Source of the DNA: Gammaproteobacteria bacterium
GTDB lineage: Bacteria > Pseudomonadota > Gammaproteobacteria > Steroidobacterales > Steroidobacteraceae
Length of the DNA stretch: 64,000 bases
NCBI GenBank assembly: GCA_003164785.1
Contig: PLUE01000065.1
Coordinates: forward strand, 30,003 to 94,002
Direction: 5' to 3'
Below the pieces are notes generated by a model. That model was given only the letters and a program-made list of their open reading frames with translations. It did not search any database and was not told the DNA's origin. Every line of letters starts with the position of its first letter. Position 1 is the first letter of the stretch. Shown here piece after piece: positions 9,072-18,022 of the stretch. The translations under genes were made by a program, and so were the position numbers.

Positions 9072-9475
9072 ACAATCCCGAGAATCCGCATCCCTATGGC
9101 ACCTACCTTTATTTGAACGGTATCAATCAGGCACGCGAGGTCTATCGCACCCTGCGGAGACAGATCGACGGGCACGAACACCTGGGCCCCAACGTCCAAA
9201 TGCTGATCAAGCGCGGCTGCACCAATTACGAGCGCAAATGCGGCCCCTCGGACCGGTATAGCTTCGATCCGGCCCTGGGAGCGGTCGAAGCGGAATTGTC
9301 CGAGCGGTTCATCAAGCCCGTCCAGCCCATCCCTCCCAAGGTTCGAAACCCACTCAGGCTGATCGAGATCATCAAGATCGCGTATCGCAGCGGTGACGAG
9401 ACCTATAAAGATTTCACCCACGGCAGGAACCTGTTGCCGCCGACCATCGCCTATCCGCCCGAGCCCGGAAGCTAG
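9011..9475 (+). CDS. Hypothetical protein (154 aa from GTG), Pro-rich N-terminus, ends ...TIAYPPEPGS
   Basis: G/C-biased third codon positions in a locally AT-richer stretch. The stop lies 7 nt before the PqqD-like start. No recognisable motif. Confidence 0.45.
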   Translation: MCVSKPVPPLPHPTKSGSEIDNPENPHPYGTYLYLNGINQAREVYRTLRRQIDGHEHLGPNVQMLIKRGCTNYERKCGPSDRYSFDPALGAVEAELSERFIKPVQPIPPKVRNPLRLIEIIKIAYRSGDETYKDFTHGRNLLPPTIAYPPEPGS

Positions 9476-9482
9476 ACCCAAG

Positions 9483-9791
9483 ATGAACAGTACTCTGCGC
9501 TTCGAACTCGATACCCCGGTCAGATGGCATCCAGAGCACATCGCGGGCGAGGTCAACGGCCTGGTCGTGGTGCTGGGCATGTCCCAAGGCAAACATGTCG
9601 GCTTCGACGCGATGGCGACCCACGTCTGGCATCGCCTCGAATGGACGCAGACCGTGTCGGAACTATGCGACGGCCTCGCCAAGGACTTCGATGGCGATCT
9701 GGTCGTCATTCGGCAGGATGTCATCGACCTCTTGACTCAACTGCAGGAATTGAAGCTGGTCGAGATCGGGGTCGGCGATCTTTCGGCTTGA
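9483..9791 (+). CDS. PqqD-family protein (RiPP recognition element, lasso B1-like)
   Basis: 102 aa. The segment ...GLVVVLGMSQGKHVGFDAMATHVWHRLEWTQTVSELCDGLAKDFDGDLVVIRQDVIDLLTQLQELKLVEI matches the PqqD/RRE pattern: a beta strand, then ...LN.tA..iW..l....tv.el, then ...Dv..fl..L...gLv. Confidence 0.8.
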   Translation: MNSTLRFELDTPVRWHPEHIAGEVNGLVVVLGMSQGKHVGFDAMATHVWHRLEWTQTVSELCDGLAKDFDGDLVVIRQDVIDLLTQLQELKLVEIGVGDLSA

Positions 9792-9855
9792 CGCTGGCGC
9801 AGCCTCGCCCGACCGCATCCTCTATGGCTATCGCCTGCGCACGGATCTGCCGCTG

Positions 9856-10707
9856 GTGTCGTTGCCGCCGGCGGTTGGGGACGGCGCGCCCGAGATCGAA
9901 CTGCGCTGCAGCGACATTCCTCAGAGATTGGACGCGCCGGCTTGGAGCAGTCCGTTCATCGATATCGGAACGGACGGCAACGTGTTGATGCGCCTGGGTC
10001 AGCACACGCGCTTCCTCATCCGTGGAGGACGCGAGGTCATCGTGGACGAAGGCGCGGCGGCGCATATGCCGGATGTCGAAACCTTCCTGGTGGGGGCCGT
10101 GTCGGGCGTGCTGCTGCACCAGCGCAACGATTTGGCCCTGCATGCGAGTTGCGTTGCCATCGACGACCGAGCCGTTGCCTTCGTCGGCCCGTCGGGCCGG
10201 GGCAAATCGACCCTGGCCGCGTTTCTTGCCGCGCGTGGATTCGCGCTCTTGACCGACGACGTTTGCCGAATAGTGTTCCAACGTCAGCATGTGTGCGTCG
10301 TCCCGGGCTCCTGTCGCCTGAGATTGTGGCCGGACGCGGCGCGCGCGCTGGATCACGCCCCGGAAACGCTGCCGACGGGGCGGTCCGGCCATCCCAAGCG
10401 CGTTCTGGTCCTTCCTGTTGGAAGCGTCGATCCTGTTCCTTTGGCTGCGGTCATCCGATTGGCAATCGATACCCGCCTGAAGACCCCCAGTCTGAGCAGG
10501 TTATCCGGACCTGCCTCGGTCATGCCGGTGGAAGACCTGCTCTACCGGGCGCGCCTGGGTCGCCGCCTCGGGCGTCGGATCCCGCTGTTCCAGGGCCTCA
10601 CCCGTCTGGCGGGCCTGGTCCCCGTTTTCAGCCTGACGCGCACCGGGGATATGGCGGATTTGCCGGGCCTGGTCGGTCTGGTGGCATCGGTCATGACGGG
10701 CGGCTGA
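9856..10707 (+). CDS. HPr-kinase/phosphorylase-like P-loop kinase (RiPP-associated HprK-related type)
   Basis: P-loop FVGPSGRGKSTLAAFLAARGFALLTDD. Coordinates start at the first canonical start (GTG 9856). The family-typical N-terminal motif LYGYRLRTDLPL is encoded in-frame upstream at 9820-9855. Confidence 0.8.
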   Translation: MSLPPAVGDGAPEIELRCSDIPQRLDAPAWSSPFIDIGTDGNVLMRLGQHTRFLIRGGREVIVDEGAAAHMPDVETFLVGAVSGVLLHQRNDLALHASCVAIDDRAVAFVGPSGRGKSTLAAFLAARGFALLTDDVCRIVFQRQHVCVVPGSCRLRLWPDAARALDHAPETLPTGRSGHPKRVLVLPVGSVDPVPLAAVIRLAIDTRLKTPSLSRLSGPASVMPVEDLLYRARLGRRLGRRIPLFQGLTRLAGLVPVFSLTRTGDMADLPGLVGLVASVMTGG

Positions 10708-11552
10708 TGGCCGGGGTGCAGTTCGGCTGGCTGGTCTCTTATCCGAAATCCGGCAACACTTGGATGCGGATGATGCTCTCCAGCCTGATGTCGGGCGGTG
10801 GATCGGTCGATATCAACGCGATCGATAGCAGGATCGGCATCGCGACCTTCGCCGAGATGGACGAATTCCTGGGCGTCGAATCCTGCGAATTGACTCGCGA
10901 GGAGATTGCGATCGCACGCCCGGCCCTGCATGCCGCGATCGCCGCCGATCACGATGAGCCCCTGATCCTGCGCAAGGTCCATGACCGCTATTGGAGAACC
11001 CCCTCGGGCGGCGCCGCTTTCGTCCCAGACATCAGCCGGGGGGCCGTGTATCTCGTGCGCGATCCACGCGATATCGCCGTCTCTTATTCCCATCATCGCG
11101 GTAGCGAGATCGACCGCATGATCGGTCAAATGGCCGACGACGACGTCGCCCTGGCGAGCGCGACCTTGCGCGGGAAGGAACAGTTGCCTCAACCTCTTGG
11201 GTCGTGGAATGGACATGTTCTGTCGTGGTTGGATCAGACCGAGATCCCCACCCTGGCCATGCGCTATGAGGACATGCTCTCTGCCCCAACGGCCTGTCTG
11301 GCCAAGGTCGCGATGCATCTGGGCATCGACACCGCCGAGGCGCATCTACACGCGGCGGTCGTCGCCACCGGGTTCGACATCCTGAGCATCCAGGAAAATG
11401 CCTCCGGCTTTCGTGAACGGCAGACCTCGGCGATGGCAGCGTTTTTCCGGCAGGGCCGCTCCGGCGGCTGGCGCGAGCAGCTGTCGGCGGCCCAAGCGGA
11501 CCGCATCGTCGATCGTCACGGCGCAGTCATGGCTCGGTTCGGTTATCTGTGA
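10707..11552 (+). CDS. PAPS-dependent sulfotransferase family protein
   Basis: 5'-PSB loop YPKSGNTW and 3'-PB motif VRDPRDIAVS. The ATG overlaps the kinase TGA (TGATG). Confidence 0.85.
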   Translation: MAGVQFGWLVSYPKSGNTWMRMMLSSLMSGGGSVDINAIDSRIGIATFAEMDEFLGVESCELTREEIAIARPALHAAIAADHDEPLILRKVHDRYWRTPSGGAAFVPDISRGAVYLVRDPRDIAVSYSHHRGSEIDRMIGQMADDDVALASATLRGKEQLPQPLGSWNGHVLSWLDQTEIPTLAMRYEDMLSAPTACLAKVAMHLGIDTAEAHLHAAVVATGFDILSIQENASGFRERQTSAMAAFFRQGRSGGWREQLSAAQADRIVDRHGAVMARFGYL

Positions 11553-11564
11553 CCTGCGAACCGT

Positions 11565-12238
11565 TCAGTTGGTGCCCTCCGCCCAGGCGATGAAGGCGCC
11601 GACGCTCAATGCACCACTCAGAAGCGCACTGAACCCGGACCTCTGGCGTTCCGCCGCCACCGTATCGGCCGGCCAGTTGCCGATCATAGGGTCGAGACGA
11701 TCGAGGTCGAGCAGGCGCTGCGCGGTTGGCGACCGCCGCAGCCGCTCCATCAGGGCCGGCAGCGACGACCGAGCTTCAGACAGATGGGCGAACCATTCCG
11801 GATGCTGCCGCCCTCGCAACTTGTTCTCCGTAACGGCGCGGGGCACCCCCGCCGCGCGCAGCAGGCGGCGCGCAAGATAACGGTTCGTGCCGTTCTCGAG
11901 GAACTGTTCCTCCGGGATGGCGAGACAGAATTCGACGAGTCGCAGATCCGCGAGCGGCATCAAACTGTCCAGCCCGTGAATGCCCCGCAGGGCGTTGACG
12001 AGGTCCGGCCGCCGGCTCCGCCCGCGTTTCAGCGCCTGAATCCGCAACAGGCGGCTATCCGGCGACAAGACGAATCTGGTGTCATTGCCTCGTTGCCGCA
12101 TGCGTTCGCGAAGGCCGAGTTGAGCGAGCGACTCATCCGTCGCGACGCCAGACCCGGCTCGTCCGGCGGTGCAAGAGGACGGACCGGGAGAGCCTCCCCG
12201 CCGGACCCCAGCCATGCGGCCCCGACGAATGAACTCAT
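11565..12238 (-). pseudogene. Asparagine-synthetase-like lasso cyclase (C protein), internally deleted and frameshifted
   Basis: The N-terminus MSSFVGAAWLGSGGEAL... starts at ATG 12238 and resembles AsnB/lasso-cyclase starts. The C-terminal ~190 aa lie in another frame (...GLDSLMPLADLRLVEFCLAIPEEQFLENGTNRYLARRLLRAAGVPRAV...) and match an Asn synthetase C-terminus. Only 674 nt are available, against the ~1.5-1.9 kb expected. Confidence 0.55.
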
Positions 12239-12252
12239 GGCGAGTGCGGCCG

Positions 12253-12417
12253 CTAACTCGTGGAGCCACTTGCATGGTCACTATGTACGCCGATACTGCT
12301 GAGCGTTCCGCGCTCGACATCCAGAACCGACACTTTGGGCCGCTGCCACTGGTTCCGAACGACCGTAGGCCGCTCGTCCGCTCCGGCTTCCTCGTCTGCC
12401 TCTTCGTTCATTTCCAT
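12253..12417 (-). CDS. Candidate lasso-peptide precursor (54 aa), absent from the ORF track
   Basis: Sequence MEMNEEADEEAGADERPTVVRNQWQRPKVSVLDVERGTL|SSIGVHSDHASGSTS. Leader W-x-x-P-x-V motif, Thr at -2, Ser1...Asp8, C-terminal Ser. GGTGGGGA lies upstream of the ATG pair. The stop is 14 nt before the cyclase remnant. Confidence 0.55.
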   Translation of the reverse strand: MEMNEEADEEAGADERPTVVRNQWQRPKVSVLDVERGTLSSIGVHSDHASGSTS

Positions 12418-12591
12418 CGTTCCCCACCCGGTGATGCTGCCATTCTGCGCGCGACGTGCGGCCCTTTCCCTTGGAACTCACCATCGAGAATAGGATCGAA
12501 CTTCGGCGAATGCACGCTGCGATGCACGAGCGTAAACGCGGTGCGTTGACGAGCGGACGGTCCGGGCGGGGCGCAGGAAGCGGAGTGGATA

Positions 12592-13218
12592 TCAACGAGC
12601 CGTTGGCTCGAAGCGACTAACCTCGATTCCCGCGCCGACGGGCAACAGCACGCTCGTGATGCCGGGCTTTGCGCGGACGGCGCTGACGTAGCGCTTCACC
12701 GGCTCTCCGCCCGGGTACAGAATGTTGTCCGCAACGATGACTGCACCTGGATTGAGCAATGGATAGAATGCCTCGAGGCAGGGTACGTAGAGATCTTTCC
12801 AGAGATCGAGCAGTACGAAGTCGATGCCGCGCGGGAGGCTTCCAATCAACTGCACTGCGTCGCCGACCTTGAAGTCGACATGGTCGGCGAGGCCGGCCTT
12901 CGTGGCCATGTCGCGCGCATAGGCGGACTTGTAGTCTTTGAGTTCTAACGTCGTCAGGCGGCCGCCACTTGCCCGCGCGGCTTCCGCCAGCCAAATTCCC
13001 GAATACCCATAGGACGTCCCAATTTCCAGGATATTGGGCGTCTCGAGGCTGCGGGCGATGATGTTGATCAATCGTCCCGTCTCCGGTCCAACCGCAAGGA
13101 GCTGGCGGTCCCGCCAGTCTTCCGATCTATCGGCTGGCGCCGCGTTGTTTCGCAGTTCCCTTTCTGCGTGCATGCGCTCGTGGTACATGTCGAGAACCGC
13201 ATCGATTCGATCATCCAT
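12592..13218 (-). CDS. Class I SAM-dependent O-methyltransferase (family 3, caffeoyl-CoA-OMT-like)
   Basis: SAM motif I ILEIGTSYGYSGIWLA, then ...LTTLELKD..., DFVLLDLWKDLY, and GAVIVADNILYPG. Confidence 0.85.
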   Translation of the reverse strand: MDDRIDAVLDMYHERMHAERELRNNAAPADRSEDWRDRQLLAVGPETGRLINIIARSLETPNILEIGTSYGYSGIWLAEAARASGGRLTTLELKDYKSAYARDMATKAGLADHVDFKVGDAVQLIGSLPRGIDFVLLDLWKDLYVPCLEAFYPLLNPGAVIVADNILYPGGEPVKRYVSAVRAKPGITSVLLPVGAGIEVSRFEPTAR

Positions 13219-13375
13219 TGGATACTCCTGGGCGAATCACCGGGTTGCTTCGCGGGCCACCATTCGTTCGGCTCGCGATGGAGAGGCATCTTGCATCATT
13301 CAAGTAATCTCGCATAACTTGCGTCGCAAGCAAATGACTACGGGGGATTCGGAGTTCCGCCGACATCGGCGCGCA

Positions 13376-13616
13376 TTCGCACCGCCGCTGGAAGGACTGA
13401 TAATGGGCACCCGCAGCGGGGACATCGATTTGGCAATTGCGTCAACATAGGGAGGATGCCGACGTCGATCTTGCGGTGAATATGTTCGGTTATCGCGTCA
13501 AGAAGTACATTGGTGCTCATTTGGCCGCGCTTGGCGGCGCGGATGCCATCGTCTTCGGCGGCGGGATTGGCGAGAACGAGGGACTGATGATGGCCCATCA
13601 TGCCGCGCGCGCTTGA
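13376..13616 (+). pseudogene. ackA: Acetate kinase remnant (two out-of-frame fragments)
   Basis: [19 protein letters not shown] (frame 2, stop at 13448-13450) and [41 protein letters not shown] (frame 0). Both match conserved acetate kinase segments. About 80 of ~400 aa remain. Confidence 0.6.
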
Positions 13617-14538
13617 TCGCCCGGTAACGCGCGCGCAGGGCAAGGCTCGCGGCGGACCGCGACGACAATCATCGAGCGGCGCAGACGTCGCGTCCCCGCT
13701 TTCCGTCCCGTTCAAGGTCGCCGCGCGACCCGCCCATTCGCTGCACGATGCTGCCCTGAGCCTCGTCGACGGCGCGATCGATACCTTGAGGCGGCGTCAC
13801 GACGACCAGGCCATCCATGCGGCCCGCAAGGCCTGCAAACGCATCAGAGCCGCATTGCGCCTGTTACGTGGGTGCTTGGGGCCCGGTGTCTACCGGCGCG
13901 AGAATAGGAGGGTTCGGGACGCAAGCAAGCCCCTCACCGCGGTCAGGGATGCCTTTATTCTGCGAAAGACACTGGGCGCGCTCCCTCATCGTCCGGTCGC
14001 TTTCCAGCGCGGCCTGGATTCGGACTATCGAGCGGAACGACAGGTACTGGAGCGCCGAGGAGCGCGTCGCGCTCTCAATCTGCTCACGGAGACTCGCGCC
14101 AGGCTTCTCGACCTGCCGTCGGTCGGCTCGGAGGCGGCGTCAGCCATTGCCGGCGCCAGAAGCGTCTACAAGGCCGGACGCAAAGCCCTCAGAAACGCCC
14201 GGCACAGGGATGATGAAGCGCTGCACGAGTGGCGCAAGCAGACCCAATACTTGGTGAATCAACTCGAGCTTCTGAAGTCCGTATTCAATGCCAAGTTCGG
14301 CAAACTCCACCAGAGTGCGGAGAAGATAGCCGACGCATTGGGGGATGACCATGACTTGGGCGTCCTCATGAGCAAGCTGCAGGCCTACGAGGCACCCGAT
14401 GAATCCTTCATGAAGGTCATCAACAAGCGACGCGGCAAGCTGCAGGCGCGCGCGTTTCGCATGGGAAGGAAATTATACCGGCACCCGGAAAAGCACTTCG
14501 AAGCGATCGTGGCGGCGCGTTTGTCGAGACCCAAGTAG
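13600..14538 (+). CDS. CHAD domain-containing protein
   Basis: [20 protein letters not shown]...[17 protein letters not shown]...[11 protein letters not shown] pattern, typical of CHAD helical repeats. Confidence 0.75.
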   Translation: MPRALDRPVTRAQGKARGGPRRQSSSGADVASPLSVPFKVAARPAHSLHDAALSLVDGAIDTLRRRHDDQAIHAARKACKRIRAALRLLRGCLGPGVYRRENRRVRDASKPLTAVRDAFILRKTLGALPHRPVAFQRGLDSDYRAERQVLERRGARRALNLLTETRARLLDLPSVGSEAASAIAGARSVYKAGRKALRNARHRDDEALHEWRKQTQYLVNQLELLKSVFNAKFGKLHQSAEKIADALGDDHDLGVLMSKLQAYEAPDESFMKVINKRRGKLQARAFRMGRKLYRHPEKHFEAIVAARLSRPK

Positions 14539-14606
14539 CGGTATCAGGCGTGCGCCTTGCTTGCCGAGCGCCGTGCGGGTTGCCGGCGCCAGGGTGAGCG
14601 GCTACC

Positions 14607-15647
<1,041 letters not shown>

Positions 15648-15751
15648 TCAGCGTTGTTGGACCAATGGTAGCGCATGCGGAGCCGAACTGGCCCCGGATA
15701 GGGTGTCGAAATCGTGTACCGTAGGGCCGAGTCTACGTTCCGGTTGAAGTT

Positions 15752-17944
15752 ATGAGTCGTCTAGTATCGTCCCCGGTGGTCCAGTGGTTCGTAGTCGGGG
15801 TGTGGACCCTCGTGGCACTGATCGCGCTTCCCTTCGCGGCGGCGGTGAATGGCGAACTCGACGCGACGACGCGACTCGATGACAGCGAGTCCGGACGCGT
15901 CGAGACGGTTCTGCGCGAGCAGTTCAAATCGCCGTTCGCGCAGATCGCCCTGTTGCGGGTCGCCGGCGTGCCGCCAGCCACCACGGATCCCGGCAGGGCG
16001 GTACTCGAGCGTGTCGTCCAAGCGTTGCGGCGCAGCCCACCGGTTCAAGGCACCCTGTCCTACATGGACCGGGAGGATCGGTTGTTCGTCGGTCAGGACG
16101 GCAGCGCGCTCGTCATCGTCGGGCTGCGCGCCCCCCACGGTCCCAACGACGACTCGATGGCGTTGCTTCACGGTACCACGGAGGGATTGCAGCGGGATCT
16201 GGCGGGCCAATATCCGCAGCTCGCGTTCGGTTGGACGGGCGAGGCGGCCGTGAACGCCGACATGCGGCGGATCAGCTCGGAGCAGACCCGCACGGCCGAA
16301 TTGCGCGTGTTACCGCTCACCCTGCTGTTGCTGCTGATCGCATTTCGAAGCCTGCCGTCGGCGGTCCTGCCCGTGGTGTGCGGCGGATTGACGATCCTGG
16401 TGTCGCTCGGTGTCGTTGCCCTTCTCAATGCGTTCTGGCCGGCGTCGGTCATCGTGGTGAGCGTCATCAGCATGGTCGGGCTCGGCCTCAGCATCGACTA
16501 TGCGCTGCTCATCGTCAGCCGCTATCGAGACGCGCGGGACGAGGGCTCGTCGCATGCACAAGCCGTGCTGGTGGCGGTGCAGCGGGGCGCCCGAACGGTG
16601 GTTGTCTCGGGTACCGCGGTCGCGATCGGCTTCGCGGCGATGCTGCTCGTGCGGATCAGCGAAGTCAGGTCGATTGGAGCCGGGGGCTTGGTGGTGACGG
16701 GCGTGGCGGTCGCGGTGGCGTGTACGCTCCTGCCCATCCTGCTGTCGCGGATAGGACCCTGGCTCGATCGCGGCCGATTCCCGCGGGTCCGATCATCGGG
16801 TGGCCGGCCTTGGCTGAGGTCTTGGGCCACCTGGGTGACCCGGCACCCCTGGACCGTGCTGATCGTGGCGGGGGCGCCGCTGTTGCTCCTCGCCGCCCAG
16901 GCGGCGCACCTGCGCGGCGATCTGCCGCGCGGGCGCTGGTTGCCGGAAATTGCCGAGTCGGTCCGGGTGTTGCACGAAATCGAGGGCGTCAGTCGGGGGA
17001 ATTTCGGACAGATCATTCCCGTCATCCTCGAATTGCCGCCGGGCACCACGATATACGATGAGCGCGGCTGGCAGGCGGCGTCCAAGCTTGCCCGATCCTT
17101 CGCGCGCGATCCCCGAGTGCAGCACGTCTGGGCCGCCACCACGCTGAGCACCATGCCGCTCAGCGGCCCGGAGATCCTGGGCCGACTCCCGGAATCGGTG
17201 CGCCGCAGTTTCGTGAGCGGCGACGGCCGCGCGGCGCTCGTGCAGATATTGCCCAAGACCGGTCTGGCGACGACGGATGCGGTCACGTTCGTGCGCGAGA
17301 TTCGCTCTCGGGGGGAGGCGTCGACCGGAATCGACGGGGCGCATCTGATCGTGGGCGGTGTCCCGGCATTCAATGTCGATTATCAGGATGCCATCGGCGG
17401 AGCCTTCAACATCGTGGCCCTCAGCGTCATTGCGGCCACGCTGATCGTGCTGGCGCTGGCGTTTCGCAGCCTGCTCATTCCGATCAAGGCGGTGGCGCTG
17501 AATTTGTTGTCGGTGGCCGCGTCATTCGGTGCCGTGGTCCTGGTGTTTCAGGACGGGTACGGATCACGCCTCTTTGGTCTGCAAGGCCCGATGGACGGCG
17601 GATTTCCCATCGTTCCGATCCTCGTCTTTTGCATCGTCTTCGGCCTCAGCATGGACTATGAGGTCTTCATCGTGGCCCGCGTTGCCGATGGGCGGCGTTC
17701 CGGACTTTCCGAGGAGCAGTCGTTGATCGAGGGTCTCGTCACGAGCGGCCGCGTCGTGAGTTTCGCCGCCGCCATCATGGTGGTGGTCTTCGGGAGCTTC
17801 GTCATGGGCGAATTCATCTTGATCAAGATTCTGGGCTTCGCCCTGAGCGTGGCCGTGATCTTGGATGCGACCGTCGTGCGGCTGGCAGTGGGACCCGCGC
17901 TCATTCGGCTCGCAGGGCGCTGGAATTGGTGGCCGGGGCCATAG
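15752..17944 (+). CDS. MMPL family (RND superfamily) transporter
   Basis: 730 aa. Two ~6-TM blocks, each followed by LSIDYALLIVSRYR / LSMDYEVFIVARV motifs, with a large periplasmic loop after TM1. Confidence 0.85.
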   Translation: MSRLVSSPVVQWFVVGVWTLVALIALPFAAAVNGELDATTRLDDSESGRVETVLREQFKSPFAQIALLRVAGVPPATTDPGRAVLERVVQALRRSPPVQGTLSYMDREDRLFVGQDGSALVIVGLRAPHGPNDDSMALLHGTTEGLQRDLAGQYPQLAFGWTGEAAVNADMRRISSEQTRTAELRVLPLTLLLLLIAFRSLPSAVLPVVCGGLTILVSLGVVALLNAFWPASVIVVSVISMVGLGLSIDYALLIVSRYRDARDEGSSHAQAVLVAVQRGARTVVVSGTAVAIGFAAMLLVRISEVRSIGAGGLVVTGVAVAVACTLLPILLSRIGPWLDRGRFPRVRSSGGRPWLRSWATWVTRHPWTVLIVAGAPLLLLAAQAAHLRGDLPRGRWLPEIAESVRVLHEIEGVSRGNFGQIIPVILELPPGTTIYDERGWQAASKLARSFARDPRVQHVWAATTLSTMPLSGPEILGRLPESVRRSFVSGDGRAALVQILPKTGLATTDAVTFVREIRSRGEASTGIDGAHLIVGGVPAFNVDYQDAIGGAFNIVALSVIAATLIVLALAFRSLLIPIKAVALNLLSVAASFGAVVLVFQDGYGSRLFGLQGPMDGGFPIVPILVFCIVFGLSMDYEVFIVARVADGRRSGLSEEQSLIEGLVTSGRVVSFAAAIMVVVFGSFVMGEFILIKILGFALSVAVILDATVVRLAVGPALIRLAGRWNWWPGP

Positions 17945-18022
17945 CGCTCATCGATGCGTCGTCGCGACGCGCGCCTCATCGGAGGGGCGTCCACCGCGGC
18001 GTTCCCGCTGCCGCGCAACGGA

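Noticed and set aside
9335-9352. GGTTCGAAACC, a tRNA T-loop-like string, with a TCCGAGCGGTT D-arm-like string ~50 nt upstream
   Set aside because: The flanking bases cannot form a T-stem (only 2 of 5 pairs), and no acceptor stem exists. The region also lies in a frame with good coding third-position bias (the 154-aa ORF).
9400-9475. C-terminus of the 154-aa ORF (…KDFTH|GRNLLPPTIAYPPEPGS) read as a lasso core, or as a RaxX/PSY-like sulfated-Tyr peptide
   Set aside because: The only acidic residue after the putative Gly1 is at position 14, too far for a 7-9-membered ring. The Y-P-P resemblance to RaxX is only three residues and lacks the preceding Asp. It is kept only as a note under the unknown-ORF finding.
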